Of a stretch of 64,000 nucleotides of DNA, positions 36,401 to 44,910 are shown piece by piece (within the stretch, counting starts at the first letter, position 1; every line of letters starts with the position of its first letter). A program made the position numbers and the translations under genes. The DNA lies in assembly GCA_049657925.1 (NCBI GenBank), contig JBASOE010000112.1, forward strand, positions 347 through 64,346, written 5' to 3'. The notes under the pieces are model-generated. The model was not told the origin of the DNA and made no database searches. It was given only the letters and a program-made list of their open reading frames with translations. Source of the DNA: Anaerolineaceae bacterium (GTDB taxonomy: Bacteria > Chloroflexota > Anaerolineae > Anaerolineales > Anaerolineaceae).

Positions 36401-37214
36401 TCTTGCCGAGTTTGATTGGTATGGCTATCTCTGCTTCAGTTTCTGGCAGCGCTTCCGAAGCGAAGTATAGAGGCTCTGATTTCACTTCATTTGCCATGAT
36501 GGGTTCGCCGTTGGCCGCAACGGAGCCAACAATGTGTGCGCCAACGACAAGCGACTTGATTTCTCCGACCTCGAAGGCCGGGATGAGGTCCTTATTCGTT
36601 CCCGCGCTGGCTCCCAGCAATAGTTGATGACCATCCGGTGCGATGGTTAGCACCGCCACATAGTAATAGCCAAATGTGCGATGGATCAATTCACAGACTT
36701 TTGGTAACAACGATTCAAATGATCTGATGTTGGCAAGTTGGGCAGTGACCTCAGATATCAGGGTTAATTGTTTCTTTTGATAAGCTTGTCGATTGGTGAG
36801 CAAACTGATACGGAGTGCTGCTGTAGCAATGCCCGCAATTGCAGAGAGATTATCGAGTTCACCTTGGTTAAATGAACGATCCGACCTTGAGGCAACCAGT
36901 GAACCCAACATCTCATTCTCAAAAAGCAGGCAGCATCCCGCCAAGTAATCTTTCTCCCATGAGCTTATTAAAGTTACTTCTCTGTGCTGCTTCTGGATGT
37001 GTCGATGGAAGCTTAGCAATTCATCGGACATGTCGGGGTTGGAGTAACTGGAAAGTTCAGGAGGCAAGAAATAAAGTGACAAACTTGATGAATAATTGTC
37101 ACTTATCAGGGTGTTCAATTCTGAAAGTAACCGTTCCAAGTCTGAGATTCGAAGTAAACCAGTCGCTTGTTCCAGGAAGGTAGAGCGAGTTCCGTCTGAA
37201 GACAATTGGCTCAT
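33417..37214 (-). CDS. Six-GAF-domain PP2C (SpoIIE/RsbU-type) serine phosphatase
   Basis: Six modules each end in a (P)Lxxxxx(L)LGxL-type strand: MLGSLVASRS, ILGVLDVQS, LLGILDIQS, KLGVLTLHH, VLGLLMQID, LNYGYMAARD. The C-terminus GGDFYDLFPL...IADVSDKGLAAAL...LFTDGVTE is PP2C/SpoIIE. Confidence 0.85.
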   Translation of the reverse strand: MSQLSSDGTRSTFLEQATGLLRISDLERLLSELNTLISDNYSSSLSLYFLPPELSSYSNPDMSDELLSFHRHIQKQHREVTLISSWEKDYLAGCCLLFENEMLGSLVASRSDRSFNQGELDNLSAIAGIATAALRISLLTNRQAYQKKQLTLISEVTAQLANIRSFESLLPKVCELIHRTFGYYYVAVLTIAPDGHQLLLGASAGTNKDLIPAFEVGEIKSLVVGAHIVGSVAANGEPIMANEVKSEPLYFASEALPETEAEIAIPIKLGKTILGVLDVQSDHINAFSQSDLVVLTSLADGIALAINRVRLFESLTNRTDQLAVVSEVSRSISSVLELDQLLKKVTDLLHEEFNYPYVHIFTVQYATKTIEYRAGSGSRSDAFKEAGISYNLNAEKGILPTALRTNQIQLVNDVSQDTRFIPNPITGSTSGSELAIPLSIADNLLGILDIQSDEPDFFTPADIELITTLASSISIALRNANLYASERWRRNVAESLRDIAKNLSQAISIDEAIQDIFTKIEEVLPCDIAALWLLTEEKAVNGHLQPVLKLEWVKVFDSSAATPETGISVPAGSWLYQALEQDQPLIFDSTNTEDPFELWMGGEQAYSAVAAPLSTGGTKLGVLTLHHHAYGRYGLETQNITLSFAGYAAVAIENERSFERTRDQTWLSTISLQVALATRSLLTVDDLSDLIGKLMILLIGGSTGGILLRDPVQSAFYLQSTFDESCDYLGDQLPMRLNPSQLLDEMVADPRPQALPAHKFDPNIQTLMNLQSTDTVLLFPLVVHNEVLGLLMQIDSEPYVEAPPEQVIGKQKYAILEGIAQQAAVSLQNINLLNAKQNEAYISRVLLHFSQVLGSASTLSEGFSQVASEVPILSGLESFALIEKTDESEVLKLRYLNTESLPPHRIKNLIGLSIEIKNLPELEELSSKTLDVKPGNWFHTLEALRPFMPSNEVQEEQPLDSNDESALIIFPLKIRGLNYGYMAARDRHAANRDLRIELLTGLAQQLSSAIMNNHLKQIQDEQERTNREFGLARQIQKTFLPEVLPKLTGYETSVRWQTALQVGGDFYDLFPLRDNLFGIVIADVSDKGLAAALYMTVSRTLIRAASLDTTSPAKALERVNHLLQLDSQQGFFVTTFYGVLDLDSNILTYCNAGHNPPLLYSHAAQEVRQLNRGGIALGVFEDIKLPEHQLSFEHGDSIYLFTDGVTEGTSSNGEFYDLKRPMSLLKKIGNLSADEILDATMADQAKFRGDASFSDDVTQLILKRI

Positions 37215-37630
37215 TGTGCTGGTTTTACCTTTTTAATCATGGTAAGTCGATTTGTACCCGGTTCTGTGAAATCGAATTTAACCGAATCCATCAATTTATA
37301 CATGGTGTATACCCCCAAACCCCGTTCCGAGCGCAATTCCAATGGACTGGTAAGATCAGGTTTGGCAATCATGCTTGGATCGAAGGGAAGTCCGTGGTCT
37401 TCCAATACAATTTTCAGGAACTCAGGTTGGGACTCAACTGTGAGGTGAAGATGACCAATACCTTCGCCATGGTAGGCGTGGTCGATGATATTCGATGCAG
37501 CCTCATCCATGGCTAATTCGATAGCATAGAGCTCTTTATTCGTAAACGGGAGGTTTCTTGCCTCGGCTTTAACAAATTCAGCCATGGCTTTCAGATGTTT
37601 ATATTCCCCTTCAAATTGGATCGTTCCCAT
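37211..37630 (-). CDS. RsbW/SpoIIAB-like anti-sigma-factor-type serine kinase (HATPase_c)
   Basis: N-box ELAMDEAASNIIDH, G1 EDHGLPFD, G2 RGLGVYTM. 139 aa, with an ATGA overlap with the phosphatase gene. Confidence 0.8.
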   Translation of the reverse strand: MGTIQFEGEYKHLKAMAEFVKAEARNLPFTNKELYAIELAMDEAASNIIDHAYHGEGIGHLHLTVESQPEFLKIVLEDHGLPFDPSMIAKPDLTSPLELRSERGLGVYTMYKLMDSVKFDFTEPGTNRLTMIKKVKPAQ

Positions 37631-37702
37631 TGCTTCTCACTTTTTGGTGATCAAATTATAACAGTTGCCCATATGACGGATCGATCGAGGTAAAATCTTG
37701 CC

Positions 37703-38407
37703 ATGAAAGATAAGCAAAACCTGCGCATCAAAGATCTCAGTCGCGAAAACCGCCCTCGTGAACGTCTTGCCTCGCAAGGTCCCAAAGCGCTCACCGATGG
37801 CGAGTTGTTGGCTATATTACTTGGAACTGGTTCCGGAAAACAAAGCGCCATCGATTTGGGCAACGAAATGTTACAGAAATTAGGTGGCCTCAACGGTCTG
37901 GCAAAGGTTGATTTGGCAACCTTGAAAACCTTGGATGGCGTTGGCAACGCGAAGGCCAGTCAGGTTGTTGCGGTGATGGAGCTGGCAGCGCGCCTGGCAA
38001 CAGAAGAGATCAAATCAAAAACAACCGTGTTCACCCCAGACGATGTCGCTCAAATATTGCTCCCGGATCTCTCGAAGCGCACCCAGGAAGTGTTTGTGGT
38101 TGTATTGTTGAACAGTCGCAATCACTTGATCGCCACCGAAGAGTTGTATAAAGGAGCACAGAACGGCTCCACCGTGCGAGTTTCTGAAATTTTTACGACT
38201 GCAGTAAGATTGAGCGCAATGAACATCATTATTGCCCACAACCACCCTTCCGGGGATGCCACTGAGAGCCCCGAGGATGTAAATCTAACCCGTCAGGTGA
38301 TTGAAGCCGGGAATATATTGGACATAAAAGTGCTTGATCACCTGGTGATCGGACAGAAAACCTATACCTCTATCCGGCGAAAACACGAATCCCTCTGGTT
38401 TAGATAA
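37703..38407 (+). CDS. radC: RadC-family (JAMM/UPF0758) protein
   Basis: RPRERL...LTDGELLAILLGTGS, an HhH region, and C-terminal HNHPSGD. Confidence 0.9.
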   Translation: MKDKQNLRIKDLSRENRPRERLASQGPKALTDGELLAILLGTGSGKQSAIDLGNEMLQKLGGLNGLAKVDLATLKTLDGVGNAKASQVVAVMELAARLATEEIKSKTTVFTPDDVAQILLPDLSKRTQEVFVVVLLNSRNHLIATEELYKGAQNGSTVRVSEIFTTAVRLSAMNIIIAHNHPSGDATESPEDVNLTRQVIEAGNILDIKVLDHLVIGQKTYTSIRRKHESLWFR

Positions 38408-39071
38408 ACGAGGAAAATTCAATAGGGTCGGGGGATTCAAAATGGAGTGCTTCATCCGACAAAGGATGATTAAAACCGAGTTTTGAGGCGTGGAGGAGCA
38501 TGCGGGTGGCTTTGGGGCTTCTGACCGATTTGTGAGGTTGATACAGTTCATCACCCATGATGTTCAAGCCGATTGAATAGAGATGCGCTCTGATTTGGTG
38601 CCTGTACCCCGTGAGAATTTGGCATTCAAGCAAAGCAAAATCACGATTTGACTTTAGCACACACAGGTTGGTTTGGGCAGGTTTTCCCCGTGAGAAGTCC
38701 ACACGAGTACGATGTTCACGGTCTGCGTCAACACGCAATGGAGCATCAAGATTAATTTCAACCCAATCCGGCACTGGTTCAACAACGGCATGATAGCTCT
38801 TACTGACTAGATGGTCTCGAAACTGTTGATTTAAGATGCGATGAGATTCTGGATTGCGGGCGACGACCATCAAGCCACTTGTCTCACGGTCTAGCCGGTG
38901 AACCATCCAAATCTTTCCCCATGTCGGGAGGAGGATCGTACTCAAGTGGAGCAAGGTTTGATCGTACCCATCTGCAATTGAGAGTACCCCTGCTGGTTTT
39001 TCCAATACCAGAATGTCTGCATCCGAGAACACAACCTTTGGTTGATCCTCAGGCAATCCCAAATCTGACAT
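38400..39071 (-). CDS. RluA-family pseudouridine synthase
   Basis: ILVLEKPAGVL and HRLDRETSGLMVVA (catalytic Asp motif). The start is trimmed to ATG 39071, directly after the degV stop. Confidence 0.85.
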   Translation of the reverse strand: MSDLGLPEDQPKVVFSDADILVLEKPAGVLSIADGYDQTLLHLSTILLPTWGKIWMVHRLDRETSGLMVVARNPESHRILNQQFRDHLVSKSYHAVVEPVPDWVEINLDAPLRVDADREHRTRVDFSRGKPAQTNLCVLKSNRDFALLECQILTGYRHQIRAHLYSIGLNIMGDELYQPHKSVRSPKATRMLLHASKLGFNHPLSDEALHFESPDPIEFSSFI

Positions 39072-39073
39072 AT

Positions 39074-39919
39074 TTATTCTGGTTTGGTAAATATGCTGGT
39101 TGCCAATACTCCTGGGCCTGCGTGAACGACAATAGCAGGAGGAACAAGATAGATTGGGACCTCGGGGATGTTGAAGCGTTTTTTGAAAGATTCTGCCATT
39201 GTTATGGCATCCTCGTCTGCGCCGCATTGACTGATAGATAAATATGCCTCTGGATTGTTTTCAAGAAGCTTGGAGTTTAATTCCTCAAGGGTAATCAAAG
39301 CTTGTTTGTAGGTGCGAACCTTATCAAACGGTTCTATCTTGCCATCCTGTATACAAAGAATTGGTTTGATCTGCAACAAGCCGCCTACCAGTTTGGAAGC
39401 ACTTCCGATTCGACCGCCTTTGTGCAGGTATTCCAAAGTGGCAACGAGGAAGAATATGCGACAAGTTTTAGCTTTTTCAATAACCCTTTGTTTGATTGTC
39501 TCCATTGGCAAGCCTTCATCCGCCCATTGTTTTGCCAGTAAAACCAGCGTGCCCAAACCTCCGGCTATGGTGCGGGTGTCTACGACATGTATGTTAACAT
39601 CAGGATAATCAGCCGCGGCAACGGTAGCGCTGCGGAATGTGCCACTCAAGTCGCCCGAAGGAGTGATTACTAAGACCTGGTCGCCATGTACCTGGGCGTC
39701 TCTGTAATAGGGATTGTAAAGTGATGGTGCAGGTGCCGCAGTGCCTGGAAGTTCTTTGCTCCTTGAAAGCAGATCAAGGAACTTGTCTGTTGTTAATTCG
39801 TAATCGTCATGGTAAGAGGTGGTTCCGAAGGTGATGACTTGTGGGATCACTGCGATCCCTTTTGATTTCAACTCTTCAACAGGGATTCCACAAGTAGTAT
39901 CGGCAATGATTTTGATCAT
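39074..39919 (-). CDS. DegV-family fatty-acid-binding protein
   Basis: MIKIIADTTCGIP...TAAPAPS...YLHKGGRIG. Confidence 0.88.
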   Translation of the reverse strand: MIKIIADTTCGIPVEELKSKGIAVIPQVITFGTTSYHDDYELTTDKFLDLLSRSKELPGTAAPAPSLYNPYYRDAQVHGDQVLVITPSGDLSGTFRSATVAAADYPDVNIHVVDTRTIAGGLGTLVLLAKQWADEGLPMETIKQRVIEKAKTCRIFFLVATLEYLHKGGRIGSASKLVGGLLQIKPILCIQDGKIEPFDKVRTYKQALITLEELNSKLLENNPEAYLSISQCGADEDAITMAESFKKRFNIPEVPIYLVPPAIVVHAGPGVLATSIFTKPE

Positions 39920-39920
39920 A

Positions 39921-40532
39921 TCAGGCTCCGGGGGTTAGTTTGACTTTGAGGGATGACCCACAATTTGGGCAAATCGATTCGGTGCTTTTTGTAACGAACC
40001 CACACACCAGGCAGGTTTGGGGCTGGACATCTGCAAGAGGGGCTCCACATGCCAGACAGCGGCTTGAGCCCATCGGGTTGGGAGTGGTGCAAAAGGGACA
40101 AATCATCTTTTGTAGTCGTTCAGAGATCGCATGGCCAGAACCGTGCTGCCTGGCACTGTAATCGATAACTTCCATGACACTATCTTCAAGTTGTAACGAC
40201 TCCACATCCTGGGCGATATCATCCAAACGTCCCAGAATGGCGAGGGGGTTGCGCAAAGTGCTGAGCGCACTCATTCCCAAACTTGCAGCTAAACCAAACC
40301 AGAGCTGTTTGGAGGTTTGGACGCTTACGCCATCCTCGACCTTATCGAGGGTCACGGTCAGAGCAGTATCGCCACCGCTGTTTCGATTCCGCCTTGTAGC
40401 GATTTGAACAGCGATGCGGTCTGGTTGACCAAATTTTTGAACCTGATAGACCCCCCGGTTAAACTGGGCTACCAAATCGTTAGCCAGATCGCTTGGGGTA
40501 AGGTCGCCGTGGTAAATCTTGATTGTGCCCAT
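39921..40532 (-). CDS. Hypothetical protein with a C-terminal double zinc ribbon
   Basis: CPFCTTPNPMGSSRCLACGAPL...CLVCGFVTKSTESICPNCG gives four CxxC pairs. I do not recognise the N-terminal ~140 aa. Confidence 0.5.
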   Translation of the reverse strand: MGTIKIYHGDLTPSDLANDLVAQFNRGVYQVQKFGQPDRIAVQIATRRNRNSGGDTALTVTLDKVEDGVSVQTSKQLWFGLAASLGMSALSTLRNPLAILGRLDDIAQDVESLQLEDSVMEVIDYSARQHGSGHAISERLQKMICPFCTTPNPMGSSRCLACGAPLADVQPQTCLVCGFVTKSTESICPNCGSSLKVKLTPGA

Positions 40533-40912
40533 TTTTCTAATATCCTGTGTAGATTATAATCGGTAGTAAAGGTGTCGCTATAGATAATATGGGTTTCCGA
40601 ACTTACAGGTCAAAACTGACCGCACGATTGATTAATTGAAAAAGTTGAAAAAGACCTCTATCACATAGATACATCTCATAGAATCTTATTAGTATTTTAA
40701 TTGATTAGTAGTATAATTTTTCCAATTTCAGTTCCACTGTTCATTTATGAAGCTTTGCAAACAGGGAACGTTCCTTTATAAGTTTTGATCGAATCTATCT
40801 AACAGTTTTCTATTCCTTAGAATATTTTTTTGGAATTTCTTTGGTGATTTGGATATCTGCAATAAATGACCACCATGAAAGAATCAGGGATCATATAGAT
40901 AGGAGAAGAAAA

Positions 40913-42154
40913 ATGAGGAAGTATAAAGGTCTATTGGTTGTAATGGTTGCCGTTCTCCTACTGTCAGCTTGCGCTCCAGCTGCAGTAACAACAACGGCCC
41001 CCACAGAGCCAGTGGCTGGCGCTGAAAATGTTCCAGCACAGTGTTCTGCGGATCGATACGGATGTGCCAAGATAGAGCCTGGTCAAACCATTAAGATCGG
41101 GATGGGCTCTCCGATGACCGGCGGTGATGCCTCATTTGGTATCGACGCTGAACAATCTGGCAAGATTGCTGTTGCCGATGCTGAACCCCTTCAAGGTTTT
41201 TCATTTGAATTGCTTGCTGAAGACGACACTGGTACCGCGGAAGGCGGAGCGGCTGTTGCAAACAAGTTTGTTGCAGATCAAACGTTAGTTGCTGTAGCCG
41301 GGCACCTGTTTTCCGGTGCAACCGCAGCTGCCATGCCGATCTATGAAGAGAAAGGCATCCCAATGCTTTCCCCTTCAGCCACCAATCCAGCTCTGACCCA
41401 AAAAGGTTCTGCTGTATTTAATCGGGTACCCTTCACCGATGCTGCACAGGGAAAAGCCGCTGCCACGTACATTTATGAAGTACTCGGATTCCGGAAGATC
41501 GCGGTAATGCATGACGGTGAGGATTATGGTAAGGGTCTGGCGGAGATTGTAAAGACTGAATTTGAGGCTCTCGGCGGGGAAGTGGTCGAATTCATGGGCA
41601 TCACTTCGAAAGAAGCAGACTATACCCCCGTACTGACCACAATTGCCGCGAAGTCTCCGGAATTAATCTACTTCGGGGGTTACACCCAGGATGCAGGCGT
41701 TTTGGCAAACCAAATGAAGACTACCGGTCTCGAGAACGCGGTCTTCTTTGGATGCGATGGTACGTTTGGTTCAGATTTTCTAAACCGGGCTGGCGTGAAT
41801 GCTGAAGGTTCGTACCACGCCACTCCTCGCACACCACCTCAGACACCCGAGAAGACAGCCTTTGATGAAGCTTACAAGACGGCTTATGGGATTGGGCCTG
41901 GAGAACTTTCACCGTTCACCTGGAACAGTTATGACTGCACCACAGCCCTGATCGAAAAAGTTGGCGATGTGGCAATTCTTGGCGATGATGGCGCGCTCTA
42001 CATTCCCCGCGGCGCCCTGGTTGACGCTGTGCGTGGATTAACCAACTGGACTGGTATCAGCGGAACCTACACCTGCATTCCAGTAGGAGATTGCAACATT
42101 CAAGGTCCACAGTTCCACCGAGTGGAAAACGGGGCGTTTGTTGCGGTTAACTAA
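40913..42154 (+). CDS. livJ: Branched-chain amino acid ABC transporter substrate-binding lipoprotein
   Basis: Lipobox LLLSAC and a type-I periplasmic binding fold (VAVAGHLFSGAT..., FFGCDG). ATG 40913 follows aggaga. Confidence 0.88.
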   Translation: MRKYKGLLVVMVAVLLLSACAPAAVTTTAPTEPVAGAENVPAQCSADRYGCAKIEPGQTIKIGMGSPMTGGDASFGIDAEQSGKIAVADAEPLQGFSFELLAEDDTGTAEGGAAVANKFVADQTLVAVAGHLFSGATAAAMPIYEEKGIPMLSPSATNPALTQKGSAVFNRVPFTDAAQGKAAATYIYEVLGFRKIAVMHDGEDYGKGLAEIVKTEFEALGGEVVEFMGITSKEADYTPVLTTIAAKSPELIYFGGYTQDAGVLANQMKTTGLENAVFFGCDGTFGSDFLNRAGVNAEGSYHATPRTPPQTPEKTAFDEAYKTAYGIGPGELSPFTWNSYDCTTALIEKVGDVAILGDDGALYIPRGALVDAVRGLTNWTGISGTYTCIPVGDCNIQGPQFHRVENGAFVAVN

Positions 42155-42174
42155 AACAAGTTGACGATTGTCAG

Positions 42175-42203
42175 ATGCAGGGAAGGGTGTCCCTTCTCTG
42201 CAT
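42175..42203 (+). terminator. Strong intra-operon hairpin between livJ and livH (partial terminator or mRNA stabiliser)
   Basis: 13-bp stem atgcagggaaggg/cccttctctgcat with one G-U pair and a 3-nt loop. Only a weak U-tract follows. Confidence 0.55.
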
Positions 42204-42238
42204 GTTGAGTTTAATAATAATCCGCTGAGGAGCACATC

Positions 42239-43348
42239 ATGGAGAATGAAATTCGACCTCCGCGACGTTATAAGAGGAGCAATCTTTCTAAAATTGTCCG
42301 GTGGATATTTGGCATTATCGTTCTTTTATATATCCTATGGCGCTTGTACACTGTTTTCATTGTTCAACATGAATACAGCCCGGACATTTGGGTTCGGTTG
42401 TTACTCTCGGGTTTGGTTATTGGCGGCGTTTATTCTCTGATTGCCATTGGCTACACTTTGGTTTATGGAATCCTGAGAATGATCAATTTTGCTCATGGCG
42501 AAGTGATGATGATTGGGACATTTGCTGGTTACTTTGTTTTTGAAGCTACAAATGCCATTCAAATGACATCATCCAGCGGTGAAGTAACCAGCTTGTCCAA
42601 TGCCCAACCTGTACTCGCGATTTTGCTTGCTTTTATTGTTGGGATGGCTGTGGCATCCACCACCGGTTTCCTGCTTGAAAAAATTGCCTATCGCCCCTTG
42701 CGTAAGGCTCCCAGATTGATCCCATTAATCAGCGCCATTGGTGCCTCCATATTTCTGCAAAACCTTGCCCAACTCTTGTTCAGTCCCCTGGTTCGGGATT
42801 ATAAAAACCCCGGGTTAATTGCCCGCGGTCAAGGGTGGACAATTACTGTGGCAGGGGCGCCATTGACCATTCCGTATACCGGAGTGCTCACTTTCAGTTT
42901 GTCCATTATCATCATGTTTGCGTTATATACGATGGTGAGAAAATCCAAACTCGGAAAGTCCATGCGTGCGGTGGCTGCCGATAAGTCAACAGCAGCATTG
43001 ATGGGCATTGATGTAAATGGCGTAATAAGCAAGACTTTCATTATTAGTGGAATGCTGGCTGGCGCGGCCGGAGTAATGTGGGGATTGCATAATGGGCTGG
43101 TCTATTATTATGTTGGCTTTATGCCTGGCATCAAAGCCTTCACGTCAGCAGTTTTGGGAGGCATCGGTAATATTCCCGGCGCGATGCTCGGTGGTATGCT
43201 GCTTGGATTGATCGAATCCATTGGCCCGACTGCTCTGGGGATAAGTTATCAATTGAAAGATGTATTGGCGTTTGTGATCCTGATCATCATTCTCATATTC
43301 AGACCTTCTGGTATTTTGGGTGAGGTTCTCTCGGAGGAAAAGGTATGA
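42239..43348 (+). CDS. livH: Branched-chain amino acid ABC transporter permease
   Basis: The LivH-like sequence GYTLVYGILRMINFAHGEVMMIG. SD gaggag lies upstream. Confidence 0.9.
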   Translation: MENEIRPPRRYKRSNLSKIVRWIFGIIVLLYILWRLYTVFIVQHEYSPDIWVRLLLSGLVIGGVYSLIAIGYTLVYGILRMINFAHGEVMMIGTFAGYFVFEATNAIQMTSSSGEVTSLSNAQPVLAILLAFIVGMAVASTTGFLLEKIAYRPLRKAPRLIPLISAIGASIFLQNLAQLLFSPLVRDYKNPGLIARGQGWTITVAGAPLTIPYTGVLTFSLSIIIMFALYTMVRKSKLGKSMRAVAADKSTAALMGIDVNGVISKTFIISGMLAGAAGVMWGLHNGLVYYYVGFMPGIKAFTSAVLGGIGNIPGAMLGGMLLGLIESIGPTALGISYQLKDVLAFVILIIILIFRPSGILGEVLSEEKV

Positions 43349-44910
43349 ACAGGAATCTTTTTAGTGCCAGTGTAAAAAAAGGCCTCACCTTCGGGATTGT
43401 AATGATTATCCTTGTTCTGATCGATTTTGAGGTGATGGCAGCCATCATGCTAAGTAAATTGCTTGGTATGAATGTAATCCGCGGCGCTTTACCTGAAGTG
43501 CGTTTTATGATCATTTTCCTGGTTCTTTATGGGATGTTTGTGGGATGGTCTGCTTCATCGAACCAGGAAAAGCCAGCCAAAAAGTTATACCAAGCCCTCA
43601 TTGCTGGTCTGACTGTTGGCATTGTGGTTGGATTATTTGACCTTGTATTGAACCAGCTTATAAAAACTGGCACTGATGTCCGCACTTACCTGGCCGCGCT
43701 TGCGCCTGAAAGTATCAGACTCTTTCTGTTGGAAAAGGGAGCATCAGGTCCATTACTGCACTTGGGTTTGTTTACCGGTGCCAGCCTACTGGGAAGTGTG
43801 TTGAAGATCATCTTGAAATCCGATCCGGTGTCCAATTTCTTTAAGAGTATTTCAACCGGTTACCGTGGTTTGCAGGCAAAAACTCAGGCAAATACGCCTG
43901 ACTGGGTCAAGAAGTACGGGAAGTACCTGCTTTACCTGCTTATTGGCCTTACGGCATTTTTTCTGCCGCGAATGTGGGGCTCTTACAATAACTATGTTGT
44001 AGGCTTGGTTGGTTTGTACGTCATCCTGGGTATTGGATTGAACATCATTGTGGGTCTTTCAGGTCAATTGATGCTCGGATTCGCGGCGTTCTTTGCCATG
44101 GGAGCTTACAGTGTGGCATTGCTTAACTCACCATTCCCCCATGGAATTATGCTGGGATTTTGGCCTTCTCTGCTTATTGGGATTCTCATGGCAGTGCTGG
44201 CAGCAGTTTTATTGGGTTTGCCGGTGATGGGTATGCGTGGCGACTACCTCGCCATCGTTACGCTCGGATTTGGTGAAATTATCCGCATCCTTTTGAAAAG
44301 TGACCTTTTAACTGCTTTTACCGGAGGACCGCGCGGAATCCAGGATATCAAAGGACCGACCCTCTTTGGAAAGCCATTTTCCAGCGATATCGACTACACC
44401 TACATAATCCTGGTTTTTATGATTCTGGCCATTTTCATCTACAAAAGGCTTGAACGATCCAGAACCGGGCGAGCATGGTTGGCTGTTAAAGAGGATACCA
44501 AGGTTGCTGAAGCGACCGGTGTCAATATCAAGCAAAATAAATTGCTGGCATTGTGCCTGGGGGCTGCTTTTGCTGGTTTGGCTGGCGGAATTTTCGCAGC
44601 TCGCAACCAGTTTACCGGTCCAAACGACCATCAGTTAATGGTATCCATGAATATTCTCAGCATCCTGATCGTAGGGGGTATGAACAGCATTCCCGGGATC
44701 ATCCTCGGTGCTTTTACCCTTAAAGGACTTCCGGAGATTCTCCGTGAAATTGAGAACTACCGCTTGTTAGTATTTGGCGGATTGCTCGTATTCATGATGC
44801 TTTCACGTCCTGAAGGATTGTGGCCTGCTACTCGACCAAACATAGAGAAAGATGAAGTCAACAAGCTAAAAGGGGATGCTCCGCCTGGAAAAGGAGGTCA
44901 GGATGACTGA
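43345..44910 (+). CDS. livM: Branched-chain amino acid ABC transporter permease with a ~190 aa N-terminal membrane extension
   Basis: LNIIVGLSGQLMLGFAAFFAMGAY core. ATGA overlap with livH. Confidence 0.88.
   Translation: MNRNLFSASVKKGLTFGIVMIILVLIDFEVMAAIMLSKLLGMNVIRGALPEVRFMIIFLVLYGMFVGWSASSNQEKPAKKLYQALIAGLTVGIVVGLFDLVLNQLIKTGTDVRTYLAALAPESIRLFLLEKGASGPLLHLGLFTGASLLGSVLKIILKSDPVSNFFKSISTGYRGLQAKTQANTPDWVKKYGKYLLYLLIGLTAFFLPRMWGSYNNYVVGLVGLYVILGIGLNIIVGLSGQLMLGFAAFFAMGAYSVALLNSPFPHGIMLGFWPSLLIGILMAVLAAVLLGLPVMGMRGDYLAIVTLGFGEIIRILLKSDLLTAFTGGPRGIQDIKGPTLFGKPFSSDIDYTYIILVFMILAIFIYKRLERSRTGRAWLAVKEDTKVAEATGVNIKQNKLLALCLGAAFAGLAGGIFAARNQFTGPNDHQLMVSMNILSILIVGGMNSIPGIILGAFTLKGLPEILREIENYRLLVFGGLLVFMMLSRPEGLWPATRPNIEKDEVNKLKGDAPPGKGGQDD

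Noticed and set aside
40533-40912. AT-rich 380-bp gap as a MITE or IS remnant
   Set aside because: I saw no terminal inverted repeats, target-site duplication or transposase fragment. It is better explained as a promoter and leader region.
43345-43930. N-terminal ~190-aa extension of LivM as a novel fused domain
   Set aside because: LivM-family permeases commonly carry variable extra N-terminal TM helices. The region is simply hydrophobic helices with no distinct motif.
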